NCBI GenBank assembly: GCA_051294905.1
Contig: CM119372.1
Location: forward strand, 23,004,001-23,068,000
Reading direction: 5' to 3'
Origin: Botryllus schlosseri
Lineage: Eukaryota
DNA: 64,000 nucleotides
The position numbers and the translations under genes are program-made. The notes beneath the pieces were generated by a model. The model had not been told where the DNA came from. It did no database searches and worked only from the letters and a program-made list of their open reading frames with translations. Positions 38,500 through 51,872 of the stretch are shown piece after piece. The first letter of the stretch is position 1. Each line of letters opens with the position of its first letter.

Positions 38500-39587
38500 C
38501 AGGGGTGTCAAACTCAAATTGCGTCGCGGAACGGATTGAAACCTTAAAATCACTCGCTGGCCAGACCAGTCAACTAATTCCAAAATGTTACTTAATGCCT
38601 TTGCCTTTCGCTTGACTTCTTTGTTATCAAGCATAAATTTATATAGATGTGGATCACGGATCACGGCGGTATTATTCTACCAAGTAGCAACACCTTTATT
38701 CGCGAACAATGGAATTTGCGCAAATGCGATGATTGAGTGGTTGAATACAGTTATGAACCGCTAAAACAGTGCTGCTAACGACAATATAGGTTGGCAATTT
38801 CTATGTTGCCTTTGCTTCAGTCGTAATACGGCCTCATCCCTGCGCCGGCATTTGGGAGGGATACAAGAGATTTAACTACAAACACGGATGTTGAAATTTT
38901 CGGGGCAGTGACCAGCACAGTGGAATTGATACATAAACTTGGCAATTTCCGCATATCTTTTATGTTCAGGATACCGAGTCTTTTGAGCAGTGATTTGTTA
39001 GACGCACAACCTGGCCCCATTAGTGCCATGGCTATAATGCTATCTCAAGTCACCACGTCAGTCAGCTCTGCTAGTCAAGTGTATCACGTGTGAACTGAAA
39101 GAGGATGAAAAAATTAATAGCATTATATGCAATTACCAATGTTATAGACAACATTTCATCGTGTATGTGAAATTTTTTCGCGGCATGCGCGACACTTTTA
39201 AAAAGGAACCCCTATAACAGTGAAACGTGCCTTACCGGTCACGGTAAAAAAGGCCGGCGCGAATGTGGGGTGAGAGGCGATGCCGCAGAAGTTTGCTTTA
39301 TGATCTTATGGCGTTGGGGGCAAGACCAACGATTTTTTTCGGGGGGAGGGGGGTGACGAAGTACTGTTTAGTCCCTGAATTAGAGCGAAACCACAACACC
39401 GCAGTAGGCTTGTTATAATGTGGCCTATGAATATGAATAACAAATGTGCTGGATAGAATAAGCATTTTCAATCTACTCACCTGCGACACCCCTGTGCTAT
39501 AGATAATACAATATTTTTTCAATATACTCAGAATGGCTCCGCGGGCCGGATGAAATGGCATGGCGGGCCTCATGTTTGACACCCCTG
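38500..39587. mobile_element. hAT (Charlie-like) non-autonomous element
   Basis: TIRs caggggtgtcaaac / gtttgacacccctg; TSD CTGTACCT. Confidence 0.85.
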
Positions 39588-40447
39588 CTGTACCTTCTTC
39601 CAAATGGCATACTATTGCAAATAAACAGTCACGATTGCATAGATTCGATATCAATTGAACCATAATAACATAAAATGAAAACATATTTCGTGAAATAACA
39701 AAAACAAAGATCCCAGCGACGGAGATAAGAAATTCACTGAAATTACTGTTCGAAGAACATTGCATATGTAATATTAGGAAGTCGCCTCCTCCAGGTTTTT
39801 GCAAAACACTCTTATACGGCGAAGGTTGAGTCACTATCATCAGCAAGTACTTGTGGCATCATCCTGAAGTCAAAATGCATACCACAACCCAATTAACAGG
39901 CACATATGCTAACATGTGTATACTGGAAGATTGATAACTTAACGAAAGACCACACAAATAGAAGCCTTTACGAAGTATATATAGGGTTGCATTTAAAACA
40001 AAAATCAATTTAAAACAAACCTGTTAAAAACAAGGCCTTTGTTTAAAACATGTTTTTCATTTTTTTTTTTTTTTTTTTTGACATGACGTCATCGATATTT
40101 AATTGTGACGTCACAGTGGATTGCCAATGACAATTGAAAATATGGGATATATATGACTCTTTCGACGAAAGGGCTTCTGACCACTGTCATAAACAGTCCA
40201 AAAATATATTTAACCTGTACTACACCGTTATGCAGCATTTTTACGGTCGGCGGTAATCATCATCAGAACACCCATTTCGTACCAATCATCTATATCTACA
40301 TGCTAAAACTGTTGAACCGACGACGATTTCGAGGGTTCCATAGCCCCTCCCCCCCCTCATCGTATACGTCGACTATTATGAGTGCAAATCGTCTGTAGGC
40401 TCATACTACATGGTTTTTCGGACGTATTTACATAACTACGACATAAT

Positions 40448-40696
40448 ACTTTACCCAATTTACTTACTATGCCGCAATTATTTACGCCGGTCGCCGAGTT
40501 TAGTATTTCATGTAACTTGTATATATAGTTTAAATGTTTATATAGTTTGAAAGTTATTATAAGCCTTAAGTTATTATAAGCTTATGTCCCAGAGCACGAA
40601 AACTCGATCCTTGATAACATATTTTGTCCGTGGTGCACAAGGCCGGAAACGGCGACACGCGCCACTTGAAACTCCTCATTAATAATAATAATATTA
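40448..40696 (+). mobile_element. Short 5'-truncated retroposon insertion
   Basis: 16-bp TSD ATAACTACGACATAAT (40432-40447, 40697-40712) and (AAT)n 3' tail. Confidence 0.75.
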
Positions 40697-40809
40697 ATAA
40701 CTACGACATAATTAAACAACGTTTGAAAAAAAACTTAAATGCATTTGTTTAAAACACTGTTTAAAACATGCTTTAAACAAAGTGTTTTAAAACACCGTTT
40801 GTTTTAAAT

Positions 40810-41148
40810 TAGGGTTACTATATTTTGGAAATCTGAAAAGAGGACACTTTTTCAAAATTTTCAGACTTGCAAAACCGGAGGAAAATCTTGAAAAATGGTA
40901 AATTTTTCCCGCTTCGTGGTCGGTTGACTAAAAAAATAGGTCAACTTTCCGGCTCAGTTCCCGGAGCGTTACTTCAGTGCTGACTTACTGTGTCTCAGTC
41001 GAATTTCGCCCTATATTTAACCAAAATTCCCAAAAGAGAAGACAAAATCTCAAAAAAACGGACATTTGGGCGTCTTCCGAGGACACTTTCAAAAAAGTCA
41101 AAAAAGAGGAGGACGAATCGTCTTAAAAGAGGACGTATGGTAACCCTA
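40810..41148. mobile_element. TAGGGTTACCA-family MITE
   Basis: tagggttac / gtaacccta; TSD TTTTAAAT. Confidence 0.8.
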
Positions 41149-43282
41149 TTTTAAATGCAACCCTAGTTGCGAGTGTCGGCTACATGAGGTAACAAAATGT
41201 ACGAGTGCTGACAACAGGAAAATGCCTAGTCATTGAACTACATCCATAATTGCTGGATAACATGTACTAACCGGGTTGATCAATCCACAGTATGTCGTAA
41301 CGCGAACGCGAACATTTGCTTTTCCTAGATTAGCATGCGAACGCGAATGTGAACCGAACGTTAGTGGGAACTCGTAAAGAATGGTTTTCCAGCATGCGAT
41401 ACCATAAATTTCACATTTCAGATTTTGCACAGGGACGTTTTTCATGAACGTCAAACGAATCAGATCAGTGTTACGCCTATACTACTACACAGTGTGCTAC
41501 TAGATTATGAATATGAATATGAATTTTAATTCGGATAAATAGGCTTTATTGAATGCAAAATGATGATCTACAATGGGTGAAGATTCCAGAGAACAGTGGT
41601 CCTATCATCTCTCCCAAATTTACTCAGACTCGCCCCACGACCGACGTGTTCAATTTCGATGGTGTATTGAAAGGCGGCCTTTTTAACTTGCTGTTAAATC
41701 CAGTTCAGGTTAACTCAACTCGAACGAACTCATCAGTGTTACAGTATCACTTCCAAAATTGCGAACGCTACTCACGATTCATTCTCTGTTAGCCACTTGA
41801 ACTTCGCGTACTATTTTCGCGATACCGCCGGAATCCTTAAAAGACATACGTAAGACGTATAGTTCGCATTCGACGTTGACTATATACAAACTACCGATAC
41901 TAACCCCGCAGTCGCCGTTGGTTACCCATTTGCCGCCGACAAACCGTGTCAGACAATATTTCGCTGGAAAATAATCAGTGTCAATCTGATTCAACGAAAA
42001 TACAGGGCTGTAACCAAGTCACAAGGCTCCGAGTCACAAGTCAATCTCACTTTTATAGTTTTGACTCTAGTCAAGTCGAGTCGTTTTCAATTCACCAACG
42101 AGTCAAGTCCGAGTCCAAGTCATCGAGCAGAGGCTCGAGTCCGATTCATGGTATTATGAATCGAGTCCGAGTCCAAGTCACCAAATTGATTGCTCAGTTT
42201 CCAGTTAAAGTCTTGTTTGATGATATCGAATTGTTCGCATTTAGAATATGCCAATTTTCCTCACTTTTAGCAGTTTCTATGGTCGCATTTCCAAGTACCA
42301 GTACCAATAGAAAAAAATCCCAATACTGTGGTTACAACCTGCCTTTTATGGTCGTGACATCTCTTCCAACTTGGAAATGTTCCGTGGTTCAGCTCAAAAA
42401 GTTATAAGCTGATTATTAAAAGAGGTCCGTTTGCCCATACTTATACTCACGGCCTATTTCGGAAGCTGATTACATTCAGTATCTTCGCGATCGTCAGAAT
42501 AGAGGCAAACAACCCCAGAGTTAGAATCACTGTCTTTGACTACAGCATCCAAACGGCCTTAACCAACTCTAGGAATATACCGTTATCTTATAATTGTGAG
42601 TATAATTATACTTTTTCATTAAATGATGGTTATTTTCATTTATTTGTCATTGAATTTTTTTCGAGGGCAATGGTCCCCATATTAAAATCAATATACGCTA
42701 CACCAAATCGCGCACGTCACGAAGAGAAATCTCAATTAGCGTAAATCTGCTTAGAAATAACATTGTTAATGTAGATTTACGAAATAATTTTGAGCCAACT
42801 TCAAGCCTTCAAAATTCCGGACATTTAGGCATATTTTAGAATTTCCTCCCGGACGCAGTTTTTGCGGTGATATCCCGGACGTGTCCGGGAATACCCATAC
42901 ATATGACAATGGCAATCCTACGTTAGTGTTAACCCTGGTTAATAACCACTGATAATATGAAATGTATATGTGCATTAACTGTATTGTGTATATTAGTTAA
43001 TCGGCCTGCTGCGGTGATAGGGGTGAAATCCGTGTTTGTACCAGCGATAATATCGACTGACAACTATTTTAGAGAAAGTGAAAGTGATGCGTGGCAGAAA
43101 TTTCGCAAAGGCTTATGAAGCGATGACATGAGATGTCGACACCACATCACGCTCAAGTAGAAAGAAACACTCATGTAAATCTTTTATCTGCAGTTTGAAT
43201 ACGTCGGATTTCTGAGGGAAATAGTTGTTGCCAGACTTATTTTCACATTGTCATTTTAATTTGATATCACATCATATTTAGA

Positions 43283-44073
43283 CAGAGGCATGGCGTGTCC
43301 TAATATGGACAAGTGGTCTCTGACTTGTTGAGAGTGAGACCTGTTTTAGCAGACCACTGTTGAAGCTATCTAGACAGGAGACATGTAACATATTTTCCGC
43401 TTTTTAGAAGTAGTGTTTGTACTTTTCTTTTAATTCACAGTAGTTTGAGTTCCAATTATTTTCAGTTCCTTTGTCCGGATCTGGAGAACTTACGTGTTGA
43501 AGTTTAAAAGCAAGTGTAGTAATAATGCCTCTATTTTCCTAAAATAAAATTACACTATGGTATGGCACTTTTACGATCCGTCATATTTTTTATTAACGTA
43601 AAGTCTTAACGCGCTATCCGATACAGCTTCTTGGTATTGCTCTTCGACTAAACTATGAGCCTTATGACACCATGACGTTTTCGAAAACGGGGTTTTCGGG
43701 TAAACAAAGATTAGTGTCCATAATAGTGATTTCCATAGCGATACTATCATTTGCATCCCGTGATGCGGACGAATGCTTATGCTCTCGAAAATTGATACCT
43801 CATGTGATGCATCAATATGAATCAAGCTCTCCGCCCCTTCCGTAGACCTATAGCTCAATTTGCAGGTTTTGACAGTTCATGCGAACGTATTATGACCGCT
43901 TTCAAAACTACTTACTTACTTGAGTAGATTTTAAGCCAGGAAATTCTACCTCTACCTCAAGTAGTTTTAGGTTGCTTTTAAAAAGACTACTTCTATTCGT
44001 ACTTGAGTAGATTTTTGCGTCGCTACTTCTACTTCTACTTGAGTAGCCTTCTTGACTACTTTGACCACCTCTG
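43283..44073. mobile_element. CAGAGGTGGTCA-family element with left-internal deletion
   Basis: TSD TATTTAGA; left end reduced to cagagg; right TIR tgaccacctctg. Confidence 0.75.
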
Positions 44074-44898
44074 TATTTAGAGCGCTGTTTGAGATACAAA
44101 ATAATATCCTGTATCTGATTTGAATCTTTTGTTGAATGAAACTTTTTTGTTTCTACAGGAGTATCAGTTATAACAGGGGTGGCAATTATTTTTCGCCGCG
44201 GGTCAAATGAGAAGCGGAAAATACGTTGGCGTGCCGAGTCAAAACATTTAGCTGTGTTTTACAGCGCAATAATTTTTTTTCGAAATTGAAAGCAGTGAAA
44301 TACACTGCCTATAAATGCTGCTCAGTGGATGTGCTGATATTAGGGAATGAGAAAATGAGGGTTAATTGCCAAAGATAATATTTATTTGCCGTCATATTTC
44401 GAACAATGTTAAACATGATACGTTTGAACTCTCTTTAAATCTCTATCTGCATCTTTTTATCAAGACATCAACAACATGTTTTTGGAATATTAGACAGCTT
44501 ATTGTCCTGACCGCTGCCTTCCGCGCACTGTGCAGCTTGGGGAAATAGCCTTGTTGTGGAGCGAAGCTTGCAGTTCTTCTGAAATTCACCCTCCCTTGAC
44601 CACTGTATGTCTTCGAGTTTTGGTCATACGACCGACTTAAATTTTAGTCCTTAAAAACGGCGTCCTGGTCGGCACTAACTACTACAAAAACAGGCTTACC
44701 CCCGACTTCAGTAAACAAATACTTATTGATCCAAACCTTCTTTGAATTTCAGCTTTCGGCTTTCTTATTTTGACATGCCAGTTCACTCTTTATGGGTGGA
44801 GATGACTCATAGTAATCACGGGCACCAATTGACTTGTTTTACGAATGAGGGATTTGGAAACGTATCAGGTAACAAGTTGAAGCACATGCCGTGTAATG

Positions 44899-45175
44899 CA
44901 GTGGTCATCAAACTTTTTAGACACGCCCCCCTTTAGGACAGCGAGGAATTTCGCGCACCCCTTATCGTCATATCACAATATACAACCAGAATGCTGGCAA
45001 TCCCAACGGATAGTTTGACGGCATGGGAGGTTATGACTGTTGAGAGAATTCTCAAATACGAAATTCGGATTATACACAGAGCATTAACTATGAATTGAAG
45101 GTAATTTTTTTCAGTTGACCGCAGATTCGTGCCCCCTTTCAGATGCTTTCACGCCCACTAGTTTGAAAACCACAG
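44899..45175. mobile_element. hAT MITE nested in a larger hAT element (~44174-45455; inverted homologue from 51150)
   Basis: TSD GTGTAATG; homologous to 37832-38147. Confidence 0.75.
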
Positions 45176-45526
45176 GTGTAATGCGTAATGTGACAATGCC
45201 AACAAAGAAGGTTTGACGACTTCTTGCGACTTTGACGGTTACGGCATGATTTGCCACATTGAGTTTATTTTGAATATGGATTACGCTTGCGAGGTGAACA
45301 GGCGTGAAAGTAAACGAATTTTCGGTTCAGTTTATACAGCCTATGGTTTTAGTCCACGCTGCAACATAAAAATGTAGGTTTTATGTTTTGAATTCCAAGC
45401 AACCTTTCGCGGGCCGCACAGATTAGCTCCGCGGGCCGCACTTTGTCCAGGTCTGAGTTTTAACGTCATGTAGTTTTTAGGCATATTTTATTCGTTACTA
45501 TCTAAAAAATTACGCAGTATGTGTCG

Positions 45527-45712
45527 CTAATAACCCTCGTTGCTGTAACCGCCATAGGTGCTGCATTTTAATAACAAGTATTGATCATAGTTACGAGGCT
45601 TGTAGCAAACGTATCCGTGATTATAATAGCTCAGAGGCTTGCTCTCTTTACTGTTTGGCCCACCAGTTCCAGGTCTCCATATCACCAATACATCTTTTGT
45701 TCCCGCCGCACT
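45527..45712 (-). CDS. Divergent C-type-lectin-like protein, last exon
   Basis: atttccag|SAAGTKDVLVIWRPG...HGYVCYKPRNY...EGY*; phase 0 matches the donor at 48766; YVC resembles the CTLD C-terminal motif. Confidence 0.6.
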   Translation of the reverse strand, partial: SAAGTKDVLVIWRPGTGGPNSKESKPLSYYNHGYVCYKPRNYDQYLLLKCSTYGGYSNEGY

Positions 45713-47357
45713 CTGGAAATATCGTAGCGAGCTGTAGTTATCAATATGGAATTCGCGATGGTCCTTGCCATAACTTCTTTGGCTATTATACTATATGGTT
45801 TACAAGTAGCTTTTTACCAGTGGCGGCTCGTCCTATAGGGCAACTGGGGCATTGCCCCACCTAAAATTCTGTTCAATAACAATTTAACCATTTATAGACG
45901 CACAGCGCTCAATATATATCGAGATCACAGCGAAACCCGCGTTCTTCTTGTGCTTTCGCTTGCAAATGCCCATACATAGCGAAGTCTCCGCGAAAATCGA
46001 ATTCTCTTCTGTGTTTTCGCTTTGTGAATGCCTAGCCGGGGCTTGCCCCGGTAGCGCTCATAACAAGCTTTCACTATCTATTCTCTCAAAGCTGCGCACA
46101 ATTAAGAAACGTTGCTTTACTCTCTCCTATTCGTAAAATGGCCGACCAACCGGGGCAAATATGCTTGCTGGCCCCTAAGGTGTGATGTAACAATCGTATC
46201 TATATCTGAACTCGGATACCGTGATATGCGTTGAGTCGACCGTTGCTGGTACAGGTCGATTTTGATGGTGTTTCACACCATGATAATTCTTGAAACTTGG
46301 TATGTCATGTCGTGATGGTGGTATTTAACACTGTCCTAAGTTTCAGGGTTTCTACTCAAAGTTTAGGGTAGTAATTCCGTTTCCAAAGTCGAGTGTGTGC
46401 TGATCGGTCATGTATCGCAAACATATTTCACGCAAAGCCGGTATTGGTCTCCATTGATTTTAACGATGCTCCTTAGCTAGATCCGTCATGAACTTTTACA
46501 TGGTATGTCTTGATTTTAGTATCGAACGCTGTGCCAAGTCTCAAGGTTGACACTCAATGATTAGGGCAGCAATTTCGTTATTAAGTTCGAGTATGGTAGA
46601 GATGTGCGCTGATCTGACACTTAGCCTACCTAACGCATTGCGGATTTCACGCAAAAGCCGGTGTATCTGTGTTCCATACTGAGATAGGTGATGAGATGAT
46701 GATATCATGAAACAGTTTACTAACATCCTCGGTTTGCATTCAAATATTTAGTTTTATTTTATATTATCCAATGTCAATTTCACCGTGGAATGGTGGCCTT
46801 CGGGCCATTTGCTCACAATTACAACCCCTGTCAAGCGCGATAGCTGTTTCGTTTTCGATGGCGGCTAACAGCTGATCGCTTGATCAGCCGATTCCTCAGT
46901 AAATATTACGCAAAATTCGGCGTTGATCTGTTCGTATTAATTTTGACAGTGTACCATACCGAAAACGGTCATGAGGCTATACTTCTCGATGATTTCATGT
47001 AACAGTGTACCAAGTTTTCGGCTTTCATCCACGTATTTATTCGGTAATATATTTTCCGAAGGCGATTTTGCAGCAGACATATAGACACTATAGACCGTAA
47101 GCCGTATGTGTCGTGTGACAGTCTCCAGCCTCAAGGCCAGAATCTCCCAAGCTGTACCGGGACCGAATTTCCGAGGCTGCTATCCGTAGTTCTTCAGAAT
47201 GATGTTTTGGATTCAATATGACATTTCCTTGTCCAATCTATGAGATAACAATTGCGTATGTGTCCGAACTCGTTGACCTTTCCAGTTAGGCATACGCAAT
47301 CTCTCGATTTATAGTCATTTCCATTTCTGCAGATAAGTAGTCAGGTCAAGTGCGAAC

Positions 47358-47972
47358 ATGAATCGTGTTGAATCTTTGCTCCGTACGCCGTTTAGCCAGC
47401 TGCCTTTAGAGCAAAAATTAGAGGTAAAGCGACTAGGTCCGTATCAGCCTAGAAATTGCCCATTGATCCAATCGTACGCCGGAGGAAAGCGCACTCGTGC
47501 CTTTTCTTCAGCGCATTTCGATAAAAATGAATGGCTTACTTATGGCGAGGATAAAAACGCCTTGTTTTGCTTTTACTGTCTTTTATTCGACAGTGCCGGT
47601 ACCGGAAGCAGTGGCTCTTGTTGGAACAAAATTGGTTATCGCGATCTGAAGCATTTGTCAGAGCGTCTGAAAACGCACCAAAAATCCCAAGTGCGCATGG
47701 CTAGTGCAGTTAAATATAAATTGTTTGGCAGAGTAAATGTAATGTCGCAGCTCAATGAAAGTTATCGCGTATCAGTCTGCAAGCACAATGAGCTTGTAGA
47801 TAAGAATAGGCATGTTCTCTCTCGGGTGATTGATGCCATTAAATTTATTGGAGTTCATGAATTGCCCCTTCGAGGCCACGATGAGAAGGAATGCTCTCTC
47901 AATAGGGGGGTATTTTTGGATCTAATTAAATACGCGGCTTCCATTGATAGCATTTTACTCGAGGCACACTGA
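47358..47972 (+). pseudogene. Truncated hAT transposase N-terminus (TTF-type zinc finger plus start of DUF4371, ZMYM1-like)
   Basis: WLTY..DKNALFCFYCLLF...W...GYRD...LKTH..S and LPLRGHDE...NRGVFLDL motifs; stops before the catalytic domain. Confidence 0.85.
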
Positions 47973-48114
47973 CAGTTAATTTACCGATATATTTTGTTAT
48001 GGCTATGGAAAAAAAGTGAAAAATTCATCAAGATGAAATAATTTATTCATGAAATTGTTTAATGCGATATGTGCTCGCATTTCAATTTAACACAATGCTT
48101 TGATTCCTGCTTGA

Positions 48115-48516
48115 ATGATGGCAGGCAGACTCGTAATTAATCTTCCATGGATAACAGCTGGCTTTTTATGTTTTACGTTTATGGGTGCCACCGCTTTGAT
48201 TGCCTATCCCCTGGTCGTAACGCATCAGGATCGTGTACCAAACACTTTCGGACGAGGGCAAATCGATTTGACTCGCTTTCGGGACGAGAATCCATATACA
48301 AATCGGGTCGGAGGCGCTGCAGCACTTTACAGAATTGCTGAGCATGGAACGATTAAAACACCACAAGGTGTCATGCGAATGCTCTTTGTAGGTAGTTGGT
48401 CTGTGTATTTTTGGTATAGTCTTACTCGGCGCTTGCGTAATCTCTACCACGAAATCATAACGCATGCTACTAAGGATAACCTGATGATTGATTCGTGGCA
48501 TGGGAACGATTCTTAG
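48115..48516 (+). other. Cargo ORF (133 aa) with two hydrophobic segments inside the hAT element
   Basis: WITAGFLCFTFMGATALIAYPLVV and VMRMLFVGSWSVYFWYSL; not transposase-like; coding status unproven. Confidence 0.35.
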
Positions 48517-48766
48517 TTCGCGTACATTTTGTAAAATAATCATTTGAATAAAAAACAATGAATAAAACATTTGTTACCGCACTTCAAGTCACGCCACCGG
48601 CAAACCTCTCGCGGCACCTACGTTAAAAATCATTGTTTACGGGAAATTCATGTGGCCATCATGAACGTTGAAAAACGCTACTGTGACGTCATATTGATAA
48701 CAAGTCGCTTGCGGCCCTTGCCCCACCACCCGATATTGTCACGAGCCGCCACTGCTTTTTACTTAC

Positions 48767-49099
48767 GCCATCATCGTCTGTCCACAGCCTCACTTCGCCC
48801 CAGTCCGCTGGAATCTTCTGTTCGACTTGATACTGAACCTCTGCGTATTCTGCGGCATTTCGGACCTTGTACACTCCAGCAGAATACTTGCTTTTGCATT
48901 CGGATTGCGCGGCGGCAAAACCTACGTTACCAAACCAATCGATTCGGACCCAGTAGTTACCTCCGTCGTATTGGAAATGGAAGGAAGATCCGGCTGCAGT
49001 TACAGAACGATATGAGGAAGACGTCGATTGCCACACAATGAAAAGCCGTACAATGCTGAGCCTGGATATCGTTCGCAATCCGACGTTATGTATGAACAT
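48767..49099 (-). CDS. Divergent C-type-lectin-like protein, first coding exon
   Basis: Hydrophobic N-terminal stretch, then F..YWV...VGFAAAQSECKSKYSAGVYKVRNAAEYAEVQ...RLWTD, ending at GGC|GTAAGT; start codon uncertain. Confidence 0.6.
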
Positions 49100-49206
49100 T
49101 TGAACAATGAACATTGAACAATCAACATGAACATTGAACACTGAATTGTGAACACACCTAGACGCAGTTGCTTGGATAAAGACATCAGTGAGCCATATCG
49201 TTAAAT

Positions 49207-50098
49207 TTAGTGCACCTCACAATCCATTGCATACGCCCCAATTTGGAAGACGTTTGCTACAATAATATTTCCATGATGTGGCATATTTCGTAAAATAACA
49301 ATACCAGGGGTGTGCTGTGCAACCCTTCCCACAAATAAGTCGGGTTTTAATAAAGTTGTAAAGCTGCACATTATCTTTTTAGTAATTGCTAAGGCCATCA
49401 AGGTAATGGCGAATCCGAGACTTATAAACACAACTCGATATAGGGCAATACACATAACCATTAACCATACTGTCGGCGGTATAAATCGCGAGTAAAGCTA
49501 AAGAAATTCAGCTTATCGAATATAGATGTTGTCGAGTATATTCATGTATGAATTCAGCGTATGCATATTTTAATTATTTGTTTCCTATATCTTGGCCCAC
49601 TTGATGTTAGCTCATACGTACCAGACTATAAGCTAAATTGGACAGCATCACACCGTTCGCAGTCCGAGCAATTTTTCTCCTTCAGCCACGGGTTGCACAA
49701 TGCAAAGTAGGCTATATATGTGGAACTATACAGCTATCCAACCGCCATGGTCTCACAAACCGATATTTCCCTCACAAGAGAGTTCAGTAATTGTAATAAT
49801 CGTCAGATTATATGTGGCGGAAGTGGCGTAGAAGCTCTCCACAAGGCAACTGATTAAAACGTAATAGGATTACAATTGAATTGGTTGATTGTGTAGTTTG
49901 TAGTAGAAGAAAGATTTGCTATCACTGTTATTTGTCAGATGCCGAATAATCGCTCCAGTTATATTGTATCAACTACTATAGCAAATCAAAACTCACGTTG
50001 CAACCGCGCCGTTTCGACTGTACCCGCCATCAGCATCACTAAGCCGAGCATGACAACCGGCGTAGTTGGCATACGGAAGGTTCGTCTATCTATAGTCA
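49207..50098 (-). pseudogene. Possible decayed MFS (SLC46-like) transporter exons
   Basis: Fragments PVVMLGLVMLMAG|GTGAGT, G*RRKIA...GVMLSNLAYSL|GT, AG|LYSRFIPPTVWLMV...SLGFAITLMALA; phase-0 intron 49498-49621; stops present. Confidence 0.3.
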
Positions 50099-51872
50099 TA
50101 GAAATAGCTTCAAAGAACGATTGAGATCGATATAAGACTAGGTAAAGGATAAGATACGTGGTTATATCTTAAAAGTTTGTTTGAGCGGGGCCATATTTCT
50201 AGATCTAGGATAAATTGAGATGAAACAGTATCTATACATAGTTTACTATACATTTTCTGTCTAGGTTTCCACCTGCAGCGGTCATGCACTACCAACTATA
50301 TTACTGACTAATATATTCGTACTAATATAAAACCGGATATTTTCGGCTGACGCTCGTCAAGGGTGATCGACAGCAACAAGTAGAAAATTGGATTGCTGAC
50401 GATTACTCCTGACGAGTGACAGCCGAACACATTTCAATATGAATATAGTATTCAATTGTATTGAAGTTCTCAACCTCCAAGAGTCGCATTTTTACCACGC
50501 GACTTCTACTTCTATTTGAGTATCAACACCAACAACTTCGACCGCCTCTGTTATATACCAGGCAACGGTGCCTTGTAATGATATCATGAAATGCCAGCGA
50601 AATCAATCCATAGTCCTCCCCGTCTGGAGAAGCCTCAGTCTTTTCGAGTCCGGGATTTCGAGAGACTCATGTCTGCGCAAAATAGATTACCTTTTTATAT
50701 ATTACTCAGAAAAATACAAGAACATCACCAACGAGCCGAAATGCGTCTCATAATGTATCGACAACGGATGCCATGTCGCTGTAATTTTTAAGAAATAAAG
50801 CCTATGGAATTGTAATAAGAAGGAATGGAGCGCTGCCTTTACTCGCAGACAAAGCACCCAGCGGATATCCACATCTCATTGACAATGCTCCGGAAAGTTC
50901 GTGCAGGCGCGGATATGAAACTTCATGATTACCACGATGTAATCCGCTCATTGCGCGATTCCTGCAGGAACGATTGATGCATGGCGCAACCCGTGCATCC
51001 GATTGCATCAGTTCGAATATTTCACGGTTAGTTGATGTTGCAGTTCAGTGTAATCTAACAGACTAATGTTTCTCACTGTAGTTAGGGTTTTCATATTTGA
51101 GACCGCAAAATTACTGACAAAACATTGACGCTACTTATATAGTCTATATCAGACCTGGACAAAGTGCGCCCCGCGGGTCAAATGCGGCCCGCGAAGCCAT
51201 TCTGTGCGGCCCGCGAAAGGTTGCTTAGAATTTATAACATTAAACCGACTTTTTGAATGTTGATGCGTGGACTCAAACGATAGGCTGTATCAACTTAACA
51301 TGAAATTCGTTAACTTTGAAGCCTGTTCATTAATATGCCACGATTACGCTGCCTACGTACCTCGCATGCGTAATCCAGATTCAAAATAAAGGCAATGTGG
51401 CAAAGTATGAGTAACAATTAAATTCACAAAAAAATCACTATTCCCATATTGCTTGAGTCAAGCCTTCTTTGTTGCCATTGTCACATTAAGCATTATACGG
51501 TACCTGTTTCAAATTGTTACGCGAGGCGTTTCCAAATCAATCAATGCTCGCGACTACTATATGACTCATCATATTTATCACCCATAAAGGATGAACGGGC
51601 ATGTCAAAAAGAGAATGCCTAAAGCTGAAATTCAAAGAAGGTTTAAAGCACTAGATATTTGTATACTAGAGTTAGGGGTGACCGCGTCCTTTTAGTTTTT
51701 GCCAACATGTCGCCGAGATTAAGGATTATAATTATGACAAAAACACGAAACACTCGGTCAAGGGAGGCGAATTTCAGAAAAAACTGCAAACTTCGCTCAA
51801 CAACAAGGCTATTTGAGCTGCACACTGCTCGAAATGCAGGAACTAAGACAAACTTTGTACTATCCCATATAC

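Larger units (their letters stand above)
39982..41165. mobile_element. TAGGGTTGCATT-family element, copy 2, with nested insertions
   Basis: TIRs match once 40810-41148 is removed; TSD not evident. Confidence 0.7.
45818..48754 (+). mobile_element. Young non-autonomous hAT element (2,937 bp), copy 1
   Basis: 14-bp TIRs CAGTGGCGGCTCGT; perfect TSD CTTTTTAC; near-identical inverted copy at 60996-63932. Confidence 0.95.

Noticed and set aside
48571..49041. 156-aa plus-strand ORF
   Set aside because: It crosses the transposon boundary and is the antisense shadow of the lectin-like exon
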